From contig PXUB01000030.1 in NCBI GenBank assembly GCA_003009755.1, positions 36,638 through 100,637 of the forward strand: a DNA stretch of 64,000 nt, written 5' to 3'. The notes below the pieces were generated by a model. The model was not told the DNA's origin and searched no databases. It worked only from the letters and a program-made list of their open reading frames with translations. The number at the start of each line of letters is the position of its first letter. The first letter of the stretch is position 1. A program made the position numbers and the translations under genes. Shown here in pieces: positions 1 to 9,885 of this stretch. Origin of the DNA: Thermoplasmatales archaeon SW_10_69_26 (GTDB lineage Archaea; Thermoplasmatota; SW-10-69-26).

Positions 1-167
1 AGCCATGGTCGACCACCTGGGCGCACGGCTGGCGTGGCCGAGGGCCGGCCTGGGCCAAGCTGGGCCTGGAAAGTGAGTCACCGTGACAAGGAGATCGGGG
101 AAGCCGCAGGCGGCGGGGCCGATCCGCGGTGGGGGTCGGAGGGACCGAGGCGATCGGTGAGCCGGGC

Positions 168-575
168 TCAGAAGCCGTGCTCGGGGGCAGGCGTGGCGCC
201 GGCCGGGGCGGCGGTCTCGTGGGTCACGTTCTCCGGCTTGGAGACGTTCTCCGGTTCCCAAGCCCACAGGCGAAGGACCTCGTCGAGGCTGACCAAGCCC
301 TCCTCGAGCGTGACCAGACGGCCACCCTCCTGCTCCGTGTAAACGCCCTTCTCGGTGAAGCGCTTGGAGATCTCGCCGGTGTTGATCGTGACCTCGGCCC
401 AGCCGCGGTCGTTCATCGTCGTCTTCATCGTGACGGAAGAGAGCTTGAGCCAGCTGTCGTCGAAATCCTCGACGACGCCCTTCAGCGAACGCTCGTCGTT
501 CATCACGACGATGACGCGCTCGCCTTCGAGCTCCTCGAGCTCCTCCATCATCAAGTCCGAGCTGTCTCGGGCCAT
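168..575 (-). CDS. Sm/LSm-fold-like protein with extended loop and C-terminal tail
   Basis: N-terminal LEELEGERVIVVMNDERSLKGVVEDFDDSWLKLSSV matches the Sm1 pattern; acidic composition fits the genome. Confidence 0.6.
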   Translation of the reverse strand: MARDSSDLMMEELEELEGERVIVVMNDERSLKGVVEDFDDSWLKLSSVTMKTTMNDRGWAEVTINTGEISKRFTEKGVYTEQEGGRLVTLEEGLVSLDEVLRLWAWEPENVSKPENVTHETAAPAGATPAPEHGF

Positions 576-648
576 CGAACGGTCCCATCGCCGGTCCTCT
601 GATAACCGTTTCCCCGGTCCTCTCCGGGGTTCTCACCGGTTCTCGGGA

Positions 649-1083
649 TCAGTAGTGGCCGACGTACTCGAACAGGAACACGATCTCGCCGGACAACAGC
701 GACACCATCCACAGCCCGGCGAACGCGGCCGTCCACCGCTGGTGCTCGGCGAAGACGTTCCGGCCCTGGCGATGCCCTCGCCAGGCGAGGAAGCTGAACA
801 CCAGCAGGCCGACGAACATCGCAAGCGACAGCGCTCCGTGCCCCGCCAGCGTGGCCACCATCCAATCCGCGTGGTGGGTGCCGTGGTCGTGGGTGAACAG
901 CCGCGAGGTCATGTAGGAGATGTTGAACAGGACCTCGTAGGCGATCGCCGCGCCCAGCACGCGGCCGGCGAACTCGCCGTATTCGATCGCCCGGTGGAAG
1001 ACGTAGAACACGGCGGCCGTCACCGCCAGCTCGGTCAAGGCGGTGAACGTCGAGAACCACGGGATGGCATCCATCGCGGCCAC
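649..1083 (-). CDS. 4-TM membrane protein, DUF420-like (start may be ATG 1074)
   Basis: Four hydrophobic segments; His-containing LAGHGALS helix and H..W motif typical of DUF420. Confidence 0.6.
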   Translation of the reverse strand: MAAMDAIPWFSTFTALTELAVTAAVFYVFHRAIEYGEFAGRVLGAAIAYEVLFNISYMTSRLFTHDHGTHHADWMVATLAGHGALSLAMFVGLLVFSFLAWRGHRQGRNVFAEHQRWTAAFAGLWMVSLLSGEIVFLFEYVGHY

Positions 1084-1164
1084 CCACGCGGCCCCCCCAC
1101 CTCAAGGTTGCACGACCCCCTCGACATGTCTACCTGACGGGGTGGATGGCGCTGACGCCGTTGC

Positions 1165-1170
1165 TTTAAG
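1165..1170 (+). promoter_or_regulatory. Putative archaeal TATA box (TTTAAG) of a leaderless transcript
   Basis: AT-rich box in GC-rich DNA 25 nt upstream of ATG 1195. Confidence 0.55.
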
Positions 1171-1194
1171 GGAAGCCTGTCTTGCGCCACCGCG

Positions 1195-2367
1195 ATGAAG
1201 GGCGAGTTCACGATCGGCCACGTCCGGTCGATCCCGATCAAGATCCACTGGACGCTCATCCTGTTCCTCCCGGTCCTGGCGTTCATCCTCTCCTCGCAGC
1301 TCGAGAACGTGCGCGAGTTGCCGCTCGTCGGTCTCGATCCTACCCCTCTGTTGACGCCCGAGGGCCGCATCTACGCCGGCATCGTCGTCGCCATCGGGCT
1401 CTTCGTCAGCGTCCTCTTGCACGAGCTCGGCCACGCCGTCGTCGCCATGGCCGAGGGCGTCGAGGTCCAGCAGATCACCCTGTGGATCCTCGGCGGCCTC
1501 GCGATGCTGAAAGGCATCACGAAGGACCCCAAGGCCGAGGCCAAGATCGCGCTCGCCGGCCCGGCCGTCTCGCTGGCTCTCGGCGCGATCCCCCTGACCG
1601 TGTTCGCGTTCGTCGACCCTGGCCCCTTCATCACGTTCCCCGCCCTCTACCTGGGCTACCTGAACGTCACGCTGGCCGTATTCAACATGCTGCCCGCGTT
1701 CCCGCTCGACGGCGGGCGCGTGCTGCGAGCCCTGCTCGGCTTCCGCATGAGCTTCGCCAAGGCCACCAACGTCGCCTCGACCGTCGGCAAAGGCATGGCC
1801 GTGCTCATGGGCCTGGGCGGGCTCTTCGGCGGCAGCTTCCTGCTCATCTTCGTCGCCCTGTTCGTCTACATGGCGGCCAGCCAGGAGGCCAAGGGCGTCG
1901 AGCTCTTCGACGCGCTCGAGCGCGTCGCCGTCCGCCAGATCATGGACACCGAGGTCCCGGCCGTCCGCCCCGACGCCCACGTCGACGACCTCGTGGCCAT
2001 GATGCTGCAGACCCAGGCCACCGGCTTCCCCGTCGTCGCCGACGACACCGTGCTCGGCGTCGTCACGCTCGAGGACATCCAGTCGGTCCCCGAGGCCGAG
2101 CGCTCGCTGACCCGGATCGAGGACGTCATGACCACCGACGTCGACACCGTCACGCCGGCCGAGCGCGCCTCCAACGCCATGCGCAAGATGATGGACGAGG
2201 ATCTGGGCCGGTTGCTCGTCGTCGAGAACGGGCGCCTGGCCGGCGTGCTCACCCGCCGCAGCCTCATGCAGGCCTTCGAGATCCTGCAGATCCTCCCCCA
2301 GCGGGACCCCGACCTCGAGCGCCCGATGCCCCGCGGAACCGAGACCTCTGGCCCGTTCCGTTGGTAG
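1195..2367 (+). CDS. Site-2 (M50) intramembrane metalloprotease with CBS pair, SpoIVFB-like
   Basis: HELGH, AGPAVS and FNMLPAFPLDGGR motifs; two C-terminal CBS repeats. Confidence 0.93.
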   Translation: MKGEFTIGHVRSIPIKIHWTLILFLPVLAFILSSQLENVRELPLVGLDPTPLLTPEGRIYAGIVVAIGLFVSVLLHELGHAVVAMAEGVEVQQITLWILGGLAMLKGITKDPKAEAKIALAGPAVSLALGAIPLTVFAFVDPGPFITFPALYLGYLNVTLAVFNMLPAFPLDGGRVLRALLGFRMSFAKATNVASTVGKGMAVLMGLGGLFGGSFLLIFVALFVYMAASQEAKGVELFDALERVAVRQIMDTEVPAVRPDAHVDDLVAMMLQTQATGFPVVADDTVLGVVTLEDIQSVPEAERSLTRIEDVMTTDVDTVTPAERASNAMRKMMDEDLGRLLVVENGRLAGVLTRRSLMQAFEILQILPQRDPDLERPMPRGTETSGPFRW

Positions 2368-2418
2368 GGCGGCATCAACGGGTTGTGGCGCGAGGTCGAG
2401 GCCTTCGCCGTCGGAGGT

Positions 2419-2455
2419 CAGGCGTCGAGACCCCATAGAAAGACGGAGAGTCGAA
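2419..2455 (+). repeat. Partial (3' half) copy of dispersed intergenic repeat also at 25648-25740 and 57787-57873
   Basis: caggcgtcgagaccccatagaaagacggagagtcgaa aligns without gaps to caggcgagaaggccccgtagaaagaaagagggtcgaa at 25699-25735. Confidence 0.7.
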
Positions 2456-2596
2456 CCTTTCAACGAAGGCGTCCGAACGTTGAAGGAGGCGTCGCGAGCC
2501 CGCGCCAGCCCGGGGTGGCCAACGGATGGCCAAGGCAGCGGGCAAGACGTGTTCGTGAACGCTTGATGACAACCCTGCAGGGAGGGGGTTGTTGCG

Positions 2597-3077
2597 ATGA
2601 AGCTGATCCCCTCGATCCCGCTGACGATCCTCGTGGTCGTCGGGGGGAGCGCTGACCGCGGGCCTGGCGGCCGAAGCCAGCTCGCTCGACCAGCGCATCG
2701 AGGGCTTCGTCCCCGTCGACGACACCACCCTCCCCGAGGCCACGCAGGCCACCGGCCAAGCCGCCAACGGGACGATCGAGACCGTGGACCTGGCGATCGA
2801 GCCCGCCGGCCCCGGCACCGTGGACCTCGCCCAGCTTTCCACCGCCGGCGACGCCCACGCGGAGACGCTGGAGCCCCTCCGCGACGAGGACGGCTCGCTG
2901 GCGGAGGACCGTCTCACCGAGAGCGACCTCGCCCGCCTCACCGTCCACCTCGGCTCACCGATGCCGGGCGGCGAGGAGCGCACGATCGTCCTCGACCTCG
3001 GGTCGTCGACGGCCGAGATCACGGTCGGGGCGCCGAGGGCGATCGAGGACGGCTACACGCAGATGAGCATCGAGTGA
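2597..3077 (+). pseudogene. Archaellin (archaeal flagellin)-like gene split by one extra base in the G6 run at 2642-2647
   Basis: Removing one G joins MKLIPSIPLTILVVVGG to ALTAGLAAEASSLDQRIEGF...VDLAIEPAGPGTVDLAQL...LRDEDGSL...ESDLARLTV...AP, which resembles the archaellin globular domain. Confidence 0.55.
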
Positions 3078-3083
3078 GCGCGC

Positions 3084-4436
3084 TCAGGGCGACGGCGCGA
3101 ACCCCTCGACCGAGCCGTCCCCCGCCAACGGCGCCCCGTCGATCTGGCGCGCGTACTGCGTCACCGTGTCCTCCCCGTCGGCCGGGAGCGAGGGCCAGGC
3201 GGCGTGGACGGCGCCGTCCGGTCCGATCGCCAGCTCGTTGACCTCCCGCAGCGAGTAGTCGCCCTCGTCGATCGGTTCGTCGTTGAGCTGGTGCACGGTG
3301 ACACTGGGGTCCGAGGAGAGGCCATTTGTGATCGTCGCCAGCTCGTAGTCCCACCGTTGGGGATCCCCTTCGGTCGAGGCCTCCCGCCACGACACCGCGA
3401 GCTCACCGGCGTCGCCCGCGACGACCCACGGGATGATCTGCTCCTCGCCCGGATCGGGATCGACGACTTCGGGGGTGGTCCACGTCCGGCCGCCGTCCCC
3501 GCTGGTCGAGAGCACGATGCGATCGTCGAGCGTCGTGACCAGGTACAGGTTCCCCGCGTTGTCGTCGGCGATCACGGGGAAGACCGTCGTCTGCTCGTCG
3601 ATCCCCGGGATGGAGGTGTGCTCCCAGGTGTCGCCCTCGTCCGGGGTGACCGACACGGCCACGCCCTGGCCTCCCGACGAGGTGCTGTAGGGGATCGCGA
3701 TCTCGTCGCGGGCCTCGTTGACCACGAGCGGTCCCGAGGGGGAGATGAGGTTGCGTTCCTCGGTCCCGATCGGTCGCTCGACGGAGAAGGTCTCGCCGCC
3801 GTCCTCGCTCTTCGCGAGCACGAGGTTGCTGTCGGTGTTGGCCACCTCGCGGACGGCGCCGGTCGACAGCGACTGGGCGCTCACGTAGATCGCGCCCGTG
3901 TCGGCGTGCGTGTCGATCCACTGACGGTCGATCCCGGGGAAGGTGAAGATCGCCGGCGTCGAGGTCGGCCACGTCTCGCCGTGGTCCCCGCTGGCGACGA
4001 AGCCCGCGTTGCCCGCCCACAGGTCCGTCATGTACACCTCGTCGGCCGAACCAAGGGCGAGGTCGACGTCCCCGCCGCCGAAGCTGGCCCCATAGAGACC
4101 GCTCGGCAACGGATCGATCAGCTCGAAGCTCTGGCCACCGTCGAGGGAACCGAAGATCTGCGAGGCTCCGGTCGTGTCCTCCTGGCCATCGCTGACCGAG
4201 CCGGTGACACCGGGGATGCCGGCCACGTACACGCGACCCTCGCTGTCCACCTCGACCGCGGGCTCGGTCAGATCCCGCTCGTCGTCCACGACGATCGGAT
4301 CGCTGAACACGGGATCTTGCCGCTCCTCGGTCGTCTGCCCTTCCAGCTCCCGGGCCGGGTCTTCGGCCGCGAGGCCCGCCACGCAACCGGCGGAGACCAT
4401 CGCCAAGGCTACGAACGCCACGCCTCCCAAGCGCAT
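3084..4436 (-). CDS. Lipoprotein with BNR/Asp-box beta-propeller (sialidase-like)
   Basis: Lipobox VSAGC; repeated SxDGGxT/SF/W Asp-boxes. Confidence 0.85.
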   Translation of the reverse strand: MRLGGVAFVALAMVSAGCVAGLAAEDPARELEGQTTEERQDPVFSDPIVVDDERDLTEPAVEVDSEGRVYVAGIPGVTGSVSDGQEDTTGASQIFGSLDGGQSFELIDPLPSGLYGASFGGGDVDLALGSADEVYMTDLWAGNAGFVASGDHGETWPTSTPAIFTFPGIDRQWIDTHADTGAIYVSAQSLSTGAVREVANTDSNLVLAKSEDGGETFSVERPIGTEERNLISPSGPLVVNEARDEIAIPYSTSSGGQGVAVSVTPDEGDTWEHTSIPGIDEQTTVFPVIADDNAGNLYLVTTLDDRIVLSTSGDGGRTWTTPEVVDPDPGEEQIIPWVVAGDAGELAVSWREASTEGDPQRWDYELATITNGLSSDPSVTVHQLNDEPIDEGDYSLREVNELAIGPDGAVHAAWPSLPADGEDTVTQYARQIDGAPLAGDGSVEGFAPSP

Positions 4437-4550
4437 ACCGACCGACCACTCCTCGAACGCAAAAGAGTTGCCTCTGCGGGGGTGGGCGGGTGACGGATCC
4501 CGGGACCGGCCGCACTCGCTGGAGCGTCCACCTTGGACCCACAGCGCGCG

Positions 4551-5315
4551 TCAGGCCTCCATGCGGTTGAAGCTCCAGCCCCCGACGAGCGTGGCCAGCG
4601 CCGTGTAGCCGGCGAGCACGCCGAAGCTGGTGAGGTAGCTGAAGGCCTGCTGGCCGCCGACGAGCAGCGACCGCAGCGCGTCCACGCTGTAGGTCAGCGG
4701 GTTCACGTGCGTGAACCAGGTCAGCCACGTCGGCAGGTCGACGACCGGGAACAGGGCCCCCGAGAGGAAGAACATCGGGAACGCGATGAACGTGCTCGTG
4801 ATGCGGAACCCCTCGAAGCTCTCGTAGAAGCTGCCCAGCGCCAGCCCGAAGCTCGTGTACAGCACGGCGGTCAACAGGATGACGGCGACGGCGGGCACGA
4901 CGTTCAGCCAGAGGATGTCGACGAAGAACGTCGAGATGATCAACAGCAACGTCCCCTCGACGACGGCCTGCGTGGCGCCGCCGACGACCTTCCCCAAGAA
5001 CACGATCGAGCGCGGCACCGGCGTGACGAGCACCGCCTTGAGGACGTCCATCTTGCGGTCCCAGACGATGTAGACGCCGTAGAAGATCGTCGTGAACATC
5101 AGGGCCTGGGCCACGATGCCCGGCACGATGAAGTCCAGATAGTTCAGCCCCGAGCCCAGGTCCGGCTTGAGGCCCCGCTCGATGCCGATGCCGACGATCG
5201 CGATCCACATGAACGGGGACACGATCGAGGCGACGAGGCGGGACCGTTCGCGGACGTACTGGGTCGCCTCGCGCCGCCACATGCCGACCAGGGGTCGCAG
5301 GTAGGGGATCTTCAC
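4551..5315 (-). CDS. ABC-2 type exporter permease
   Basis: YLDFIVPG, FFLSGALFP and NPLTYSVDALR motifs. Confidence 0.92.
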   Translation of the reverse strand: MKIPYLRPLVGMWRREATQYVRERSRLVASIVSPFMWIAIVGIGIERGLKPDLGSGLNYLDFIVPGIVAQALMFTTIFYGVYIVWDRKMDVLKAVLVTPVPRSIVFLGKVVGGATQAVVEGTLLLIISTFFVDILWLNVVPAVAVILLTAVLYTSFGLALGSFYESFEGFRITSTFIAFPMFFLSGALFPVVDLPTWLTWFTHVNPLTYSVDALRSLLVGGQQAFSYLTSFGVLAGYTALATLVGGWSFNRMEA

Positions 5316-5319
5316 GCGA

Positions 5320-6303
5320 TCACTCCGCGCGCTTCATGCGCTGGTAGTCCTCGGTCCATCCGTCCCCCTCGGCCTCGCCCTGCCGCAGGTGCCGGCCCGT
5401 CAGCGACAGGAACACGTCCTGCAGCGTGGGCGTGGTCACCTCCAGGTGGTCGACCTCGTCCAGCGTGCGCAAGAACGCGGGCAGCTGGGCGACCTCGCCG
5501 GCCAGCTGCACGACGAAGGTCCCCTCGCCCTCGGCCTGCACGTCCTCGACGCCGGGCGCCTGAGCCAGCTCGTCCTCGCTCGTGCCGAGGGCCCTCAGGT
5601 GGACCACGGTGCCGCCCAGCTCTCGCTTGAGCGCCTCCGGGTCGTCCAGGGCCTGGATCTGGCCCTGGTCGATGACGGCGACCCGGTCGCACAGCGCATC
5701 GGCCTCGTCCATGTAGTGGGTCGTCATCAGCACGGTCGTCCCCTCCTCGCGCAGGGATCGGATGTACGCCCACAGCCGCTCGCGCGTCTGCGGATCCAGG
5801 CCCAGCGTCGGCTCGTCGAGGAACAGGACCTCGGGATCGTGCAACAGCCCGCGGGCGATCTCCAACCGACGCTTCATGCCGCCGCTGTACTGCTTGACCG
5901 GATCGTCGCCGCGGCCGGCCAGGTCCATCAGGTCCAGCAGCTCGTCGATGCGCTCGCGCGTCTGGCGACGGGAGACGTCGTAGAGCGCGGCGGACAGCTC
6001 GAGGTTCTCCCGCCCCGTGAGCAGGTTGTCGAGCGAGGGCTCCTGGAACACGAGCCCGATGCGCTCCCGGACACCCCGGGGGTCCTCGCCCACGTCGACG
6101 CCGGCGACCTCGGCCCGGCCGCTGGTCGCCTCCGTCAGGGTCGACAGGATCCGGATCAACGACGTCTTGCCGGCTCCGTTGGGGCCCAGCAGACCGAACA
6201 CCTCGCCCTCGTCGACCGAGAACGAGACCCCGTCCACGGCGACCACGCCCTCCGGCGGGTCACCGTACACCTTACGAGCGTCGTCGACGCGGACCGCAGG
6301 CAC
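5320..6303 (-). CDS. ABC exporter ATP-binding subunit (DrrA/CcmA-like)
   Basis: GPNGAGKTS, YSGGM and LFLDEPT motifs; GTG start at 6303 chosen. Confidence 0.93.
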   Translation of the reverse strand: MPAVRVDDARKVYGDPPEGVVAVDGVSFSVDEGEVFGLLGPNGAGKTSLIRILSTLTEATSGRAEVAGVDVGEDPRGVRERIGLVFQEPSLDNLLTGRENLELSAALYDVSRRQTRERIDELLDLMDLAGRGDDPVKQYSGGMKRRLEIARGLLHDPEVLFLDEPTLGLDPQTRERLWAYIRSLREEGTTVLMTTHYMDEADALCDRVAVIDQGQIQALDDPEALKRELGGTVVHLRALGTSEDELAQAPGVEDVQAEGEGTFVVQLAGEVAQLPAFLRTLDEVDHLEVTTPTLQDVFLSLTGRHLRQGEAEGDGWTEDYQRMKRAE

Positions 6304-6409
6304 GCTTGCGACAAGCCGCGTCGGCCTCTTCAAGCCGCGGGCTGCCGAGGATGCCACCGCCCTCGCTGGAACCCGCAACGTTCAAGGCCCTGCCGGCGGC
6401 CTCGCCACC

Positions 6410-6880
6410 GTGGACGCCCGAGCCGCCCTGCAGCCCGTCGTGTGGCTGTCCTCGTGGGAGTGGCTGGGGCCGGCGACCGCGGGCGCGGCCCTCGCGGGCC
6501 TGCTCGGCTACCTCGGTCTCGCCGGCTCGGCCCCCGGCCTAGCCCTGCTCGTGGCGACCGTGTCGTGGTTGGCCGCCATGCTGGGCCTCGTGTTGCTTGT
6601 CTCGCCGGCCGAGCGCAAGATCACCTTCGAACGGCAGCTCGAGGTCGTCGGCGCCCGCGTCCTCGCTGCGGTCTTGATCTACTTCGGAGTCGGCTTCCTC
6701 GCGCTCTACGGTCTCAACGCGCTGGCGCCCGAGCAAGCCCGCGTGCCGATCGCCTGGGAAGGCCCCCTCCTGCAACCCTGGGAGAACCCGTTCTTCCGAC
6801 GGGTCACGTTCTGGCCTTTCTACGCGCTGGTGCTCCTCGGCTGCCAGGATCTGGTGCCGACGCCGCCCGGGGCGTGCTGA
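6410..6880 (+). CDS. Hypothetical multi-pass membrane protein
   Basis: In-frame GTG at 6410 downstream of a TTCAAG box; 3-4 hydrophobic segments. Confidence 0.6.
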   Translation: MDARAALQPVVWLSSWEWLGPATAGAALAGLLGYLGLAGSAPGLALLVATVSWLAAMLGLVLLVSPAERKITFERQLEVVGARVLAAVLIYFGVGFLALYGLNALAPEQARVPIAWEGPLLQPWENPFFRRVTFWPFYALVLLGCQDLVPTPPGAC

Positions 6881-6901
6881 GCACGCAGACCCCCTCAGAC
6901 G

Positions 6902-6949
6902 GCACAGAGACCAACCACAGAGGATAGCCTCCACAGAGAACACACGAGG
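6902..6949 (+). repeat. Cluster of NCACAGAG octamers (single arm related to the GxxExxY flanks)
   Basis: gcacagag 6902, ccacagag 6915, ccacagag 6931, between convergent genes. Confidence 0.5.
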
Positions 6950-7054
6950 ACGCCCGGCGTGGAGAGGAGGGGAGTTGGGGATCGAGACGCCGCACAGGAC
7001 CGGACCAACTCGCGGGGGCGCGCCTCGCGTCGACCGCCCCGAGGCCGCCTGGGG

Positions 7055-7477
7055 CTACGTCGCGCGGGCGAGGAGGATCGATCCGGCAAGGGCGGCGGCG
7101 CCGAAGCCGACGGCGATCCAGGGGATCTCGCCCTTCGCGACGGTGACCTCACCGGTCGCGTTCACCGTCGTCGTCTCGTTGCCCTCGCCGCTGGTGACGG
7201 ACAGCTCGACGTCGTAGGTGCCTGGCTCGGCGAAGTCGTGCTCGACGGGGCTGCCGGTCGCCGTCGTCCCGTTGGGGCCAAGCGTCCAAGTGATCTCTGT
7301 CACGTTGCCGGTCAGCGCCTCCTCCCCCTCGGCCTCGAAGTAGCATCGAAGCTGCTGGCAGGTCGAGGAGAACGACAGCTCCTCGTCCTCTTGGGCGAGG
7401 ACCGTCCCGGCCGACCCCAGCAGGGCCGAGCCGGCCAGCAGGGCGACGACGAGCCCGAGCTTCGCGGCGGAACGCAT
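7055..7477 (-). CDS. Small secreted single-PKD protein with C-terminal membrane anchor
   Basis: Signal peptide; W..G...VEHDFAEPGTYDVELSV; C-terminal IPW plus TM helix. Confidence 0.8.
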   Translation of the reverse strand: MRSAAKLGLVVALLAGSALLGSAGTVLAQEDEELSFSSTCQQLRCYFEAEGEEALTGNVTEITWTLGPNGTTATGSPVEHDFAEPGTYDVELSVTSGEGNETTTVNATGEVTVAKGEIPWIAVGFGAAALAGSILLARAT

Positions 7478-7564
7478 CGCAGCCCGCACGACCCTCCCCT
7501 TCCTAAACCCCCCGGACCCGCGTCGGGCTCAACGCTATAGGAGCCGGCCGCCTCTCGGCTCCCT

Positions 7565-7927
7565 GTGATCCACTGGATCGCGGTCGGGGTCGCCGTGCTG
7601 GCGACGATCCTGGGCCTGAGCCTGTGGCTCAACCGCAAGAAATCCACCGCCCACCTGTCGATCCGGTTGGCCGAGGCCTATCGCCAGGCCGGCGACTTCG
7701 AGACGGCTCGCGAGCTCTACGAGATCGCGCCCGATCTGGATCAAAACGTTGACCAGGCGCGTGAGGGCCAGCGCCGAGCCCGGGAGGAGGTGCGCCGACC
7801 GGTGCTCTCCGAGGCGCTGGTCGCCGCCGCTCGGCGGCGGTTGACCCAGGAGCGGGAGGAGGTGCAGGCCCACCTCGAGCGGGAGGGCATCGAGGTCGAC
7901 CTGCCGCCGCTCCAGCGGCGCGGCTAG
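7565..7927 (+). CDS. Small membrane-anchored TPR-like protein
   Basis: N-terminal TM; LAEAYRQAGDFETARELYE TPR-like helix pair. Confidence 0.6.
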   Translation: MIHWIAVGVAVLATILGLSLWLNRKKSTAHLSIRLAEAYRQAGDFETARELYEIAPDLDQNVDQAREGQRRAREEVRRPVLSEALVAAARRRLTQEREEVQAHLEREGIEVDLPPLQRRG

Positions 7928-9885
7928 GAGGCGTCGGCGACGGTCACGTCGTCGACGAACCAGCCCTCGTAGTCGTTGGCCTGGCTATCCCGGGAGTCGA
8001 ACACGAACCGCAGCTCGAGCGACGCGTCGGCGGGGAGGTCGTAGCTGGCCGACGTCCAGTTCGGCTGGTTGTCGTCGAGGCTGGTCCACTCGGCGATCGT
8101 CGTCCAGTCGTCGCCGGTGCGCTGCTCGACGCGCATGTGGTCGTAGCCGGAGCAGCTGATCAGACCGCAGCTCGTCGACTCCGTCTCCCACCGGTGCTCG
8201 AACGCGAGTTGGGGGCTTCGGGCGTCCGAGGTGTCGACCGAGAACGTGGCCGTGCCGTTCGTCTGGTCGCCGGTATCGTAGGTGCAGGTGTCGTCCTGGG
8301 TGTAGGCCAGGTGGTTGGGGCTGCTGTCGGCCGCGTGGCAGGCGTCCGTCACGTGCCACAGGCCGGAGAGGGCGAAGCTCTGCGCCGCGCCGTCGTCGAA
8401 GGTCTCCTCGAGGATCGCCCCCGACGTGGACCCGCTCACGGTGACGTCCGTCGTGGCGTCGTCCTGGGTGCCCTCGTCGTCGGTCACGGTCAGCGTCACC
8501 GTGTAGGTGCCCTCGGCCTCGTAGCTGTGGTCGACGACCTCGCCGGTCGCCGTGGTGCCGTCGCCCAGATCCCAGTCGTAGCTCGTGAGGTTCCCGTCTG
8601 CGTCGGTCGCGTTGCTGGCGTCGAAGGTGCAGTTCAGCTCGGTGCAGTCGGCGGTGAACGAGGCCTGCGGAGGCTCGTTCGTGTCCCCACCGACGGCGTC
8701 GAGCAGCGCGGCCGCGTCGACCTCGCCGTGGCCGAACTCGTTGTCGTGGCCGGCATCGCCGAGATCGCGCGCGGTGGTGTTCATCGCATCGCGCAGCTCG
8801 GTGTTCGTCAAGGACGGGTCGACGCTGAGCGCGAGCCCGGCGGCCCCGCTGACGTGGGGCGTGCTCATGCTCGTGCCGTCGAGCTGCGTGTAGCCGCCGT
8901 CGTTGTACGTCGACAGGATGTCGTCACCGGGAGCGGCGAGCTCGGCCTCGGGGCCCTGGCTGGAGAAGCTGCACTGCTGGCGGTCCGAGTCCGTGCAGGT
9001 CACGGCTACGACGCGCTCGCGGGCGGCCGGGTAGCCCACGCAGTCGCTGCATTGGCCGTCGTTGCCGGCCGCGGCGACGAGCAGGACGCCGCGCTCCCAG
9101 GCGTAGTCGACGGCCTGGCCGATCGTCGAGCTCGCCGAGCTCGAGCCCAGGCTCATCGAGATCACGTCGGCGCCGTTGTCGGTGCTCCAGGTGATCGCGT
9201 CCGCGATGTCCGAGGAGCTGCCGGTGCACTGCACGACCAGCGAGTCCGACAGCGCCTTCGCGACGAACAGGTTCACGCCGTCGGCGGTGCCGGCCACGCC
9301 GATGCCGTTGTCGGTGTTCGCCGACACGGTGCCGGCCACGTGGGTGCCGTGCCCGCAGCGGTCGTCGGCCGTGCCGTCGTCGCCGACGAAATCGCGCTGC
9401 TCGGCGACCGTGTTCTGCAGGTCCTCGTGGTCCTGGTCGATCCCGGTGTCGATCACGCTCACGTTGACGTCCGCGGATCCCAGCGTCGTGTCCCAGGCGG
9501 TGGGCGTCTGGATCTGCGGGAAGCCGTACTGCTCGTCGTAGCGTGGATCGTCGGGGGTGAACAGGGTGACGTAGGCGGTCGGATCCTCGCGCTCCACGTA
9601 CTCGACGTTGTCGCGATGGCGATCCTCGAGGTGGAAGCTGGCCGGGTCCTCGAGCTCGACGACGGCGAACCCGATCGCGTCGTTGACGTCGAGCACGGTG
9701 TGGCCTCGCCATTCGTCGTCGTCGACGTCGGCCGCGGCCAGATCCGCGAAACCGACGATCCACCGGTCGCCGGCGGCGACGGGAGGACCTGCCGGGTCGG
9801 GTCCGGTGGCGGCGAGGCTGGCCGTCGGTACGAGCAACACGAGGGCGACGAGGAGAGCGGCGCGTTGGCTGGACAAGGCGGCCAC
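7924..9885 (-). CDS. Secreted S8 subtilase (halolysin/thermitase-like) with PKD and C-terminal jelly-roll domain
   Basis: Catalytic IDTG, HGTHVAG and GTSMSTPHV; AAAGN oxyanion motif; PKD WDLGDG. Confidence 0.93.
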   Translation of the reverse strand: MAALSSQRAALLVALVLLVPTASLAATGPDPAGPPVAAGDRWIVGFADLAAADVDDDEWRGHTVLDVNDAIGFAVVELEDPASFHLEDRHRDNVEYVEREDPTAYVTLFTPDDPRYDEQYGFPQIQTPTAWDTTLGSADVNVSVIDTGIDQDHEDLQNTVAEQRDFVGDDGTADDRCGHGTHVAGTVSANTDNGIGVAGTADGVNLFVAKALSDSLVVQCTGSSSDIADAITWSTDNGADVISMSLGSSSASSTIGQAVDYAWERGVLLVAAAGNDGQCSDCVGYPAARERVVAVTCTDSDRQQCSFSSQGPEAELAAPGDDILSTYNDGGYTQLDGTSMSTPHVSGAAGLALSVDPSLTNTELRDAMNTTARDLGDAGHDNEFGHGEVDAAALLDAVGGDTNEPPQASFTADCTELNCTFDASNATDADGNLTSYDWDLGDGTTATGEVVDHSYEAEGTYTVTLTVTDDEGTQDDATTDVTVSGSTSGAILEETFDDGAAQSFALSGLWHVTDACHAADSSPNHLAYTQDDTCTYDTGDQTNGTATFSVDTSDARSPQLAFEHRWETESTSCGLISCSGYDHMRVEQRTGDDWTTIAEWTSLDDNQPNWTSASYDLPADASLELRFVFDSRDSQANDYEGWFVDDVTVADAS

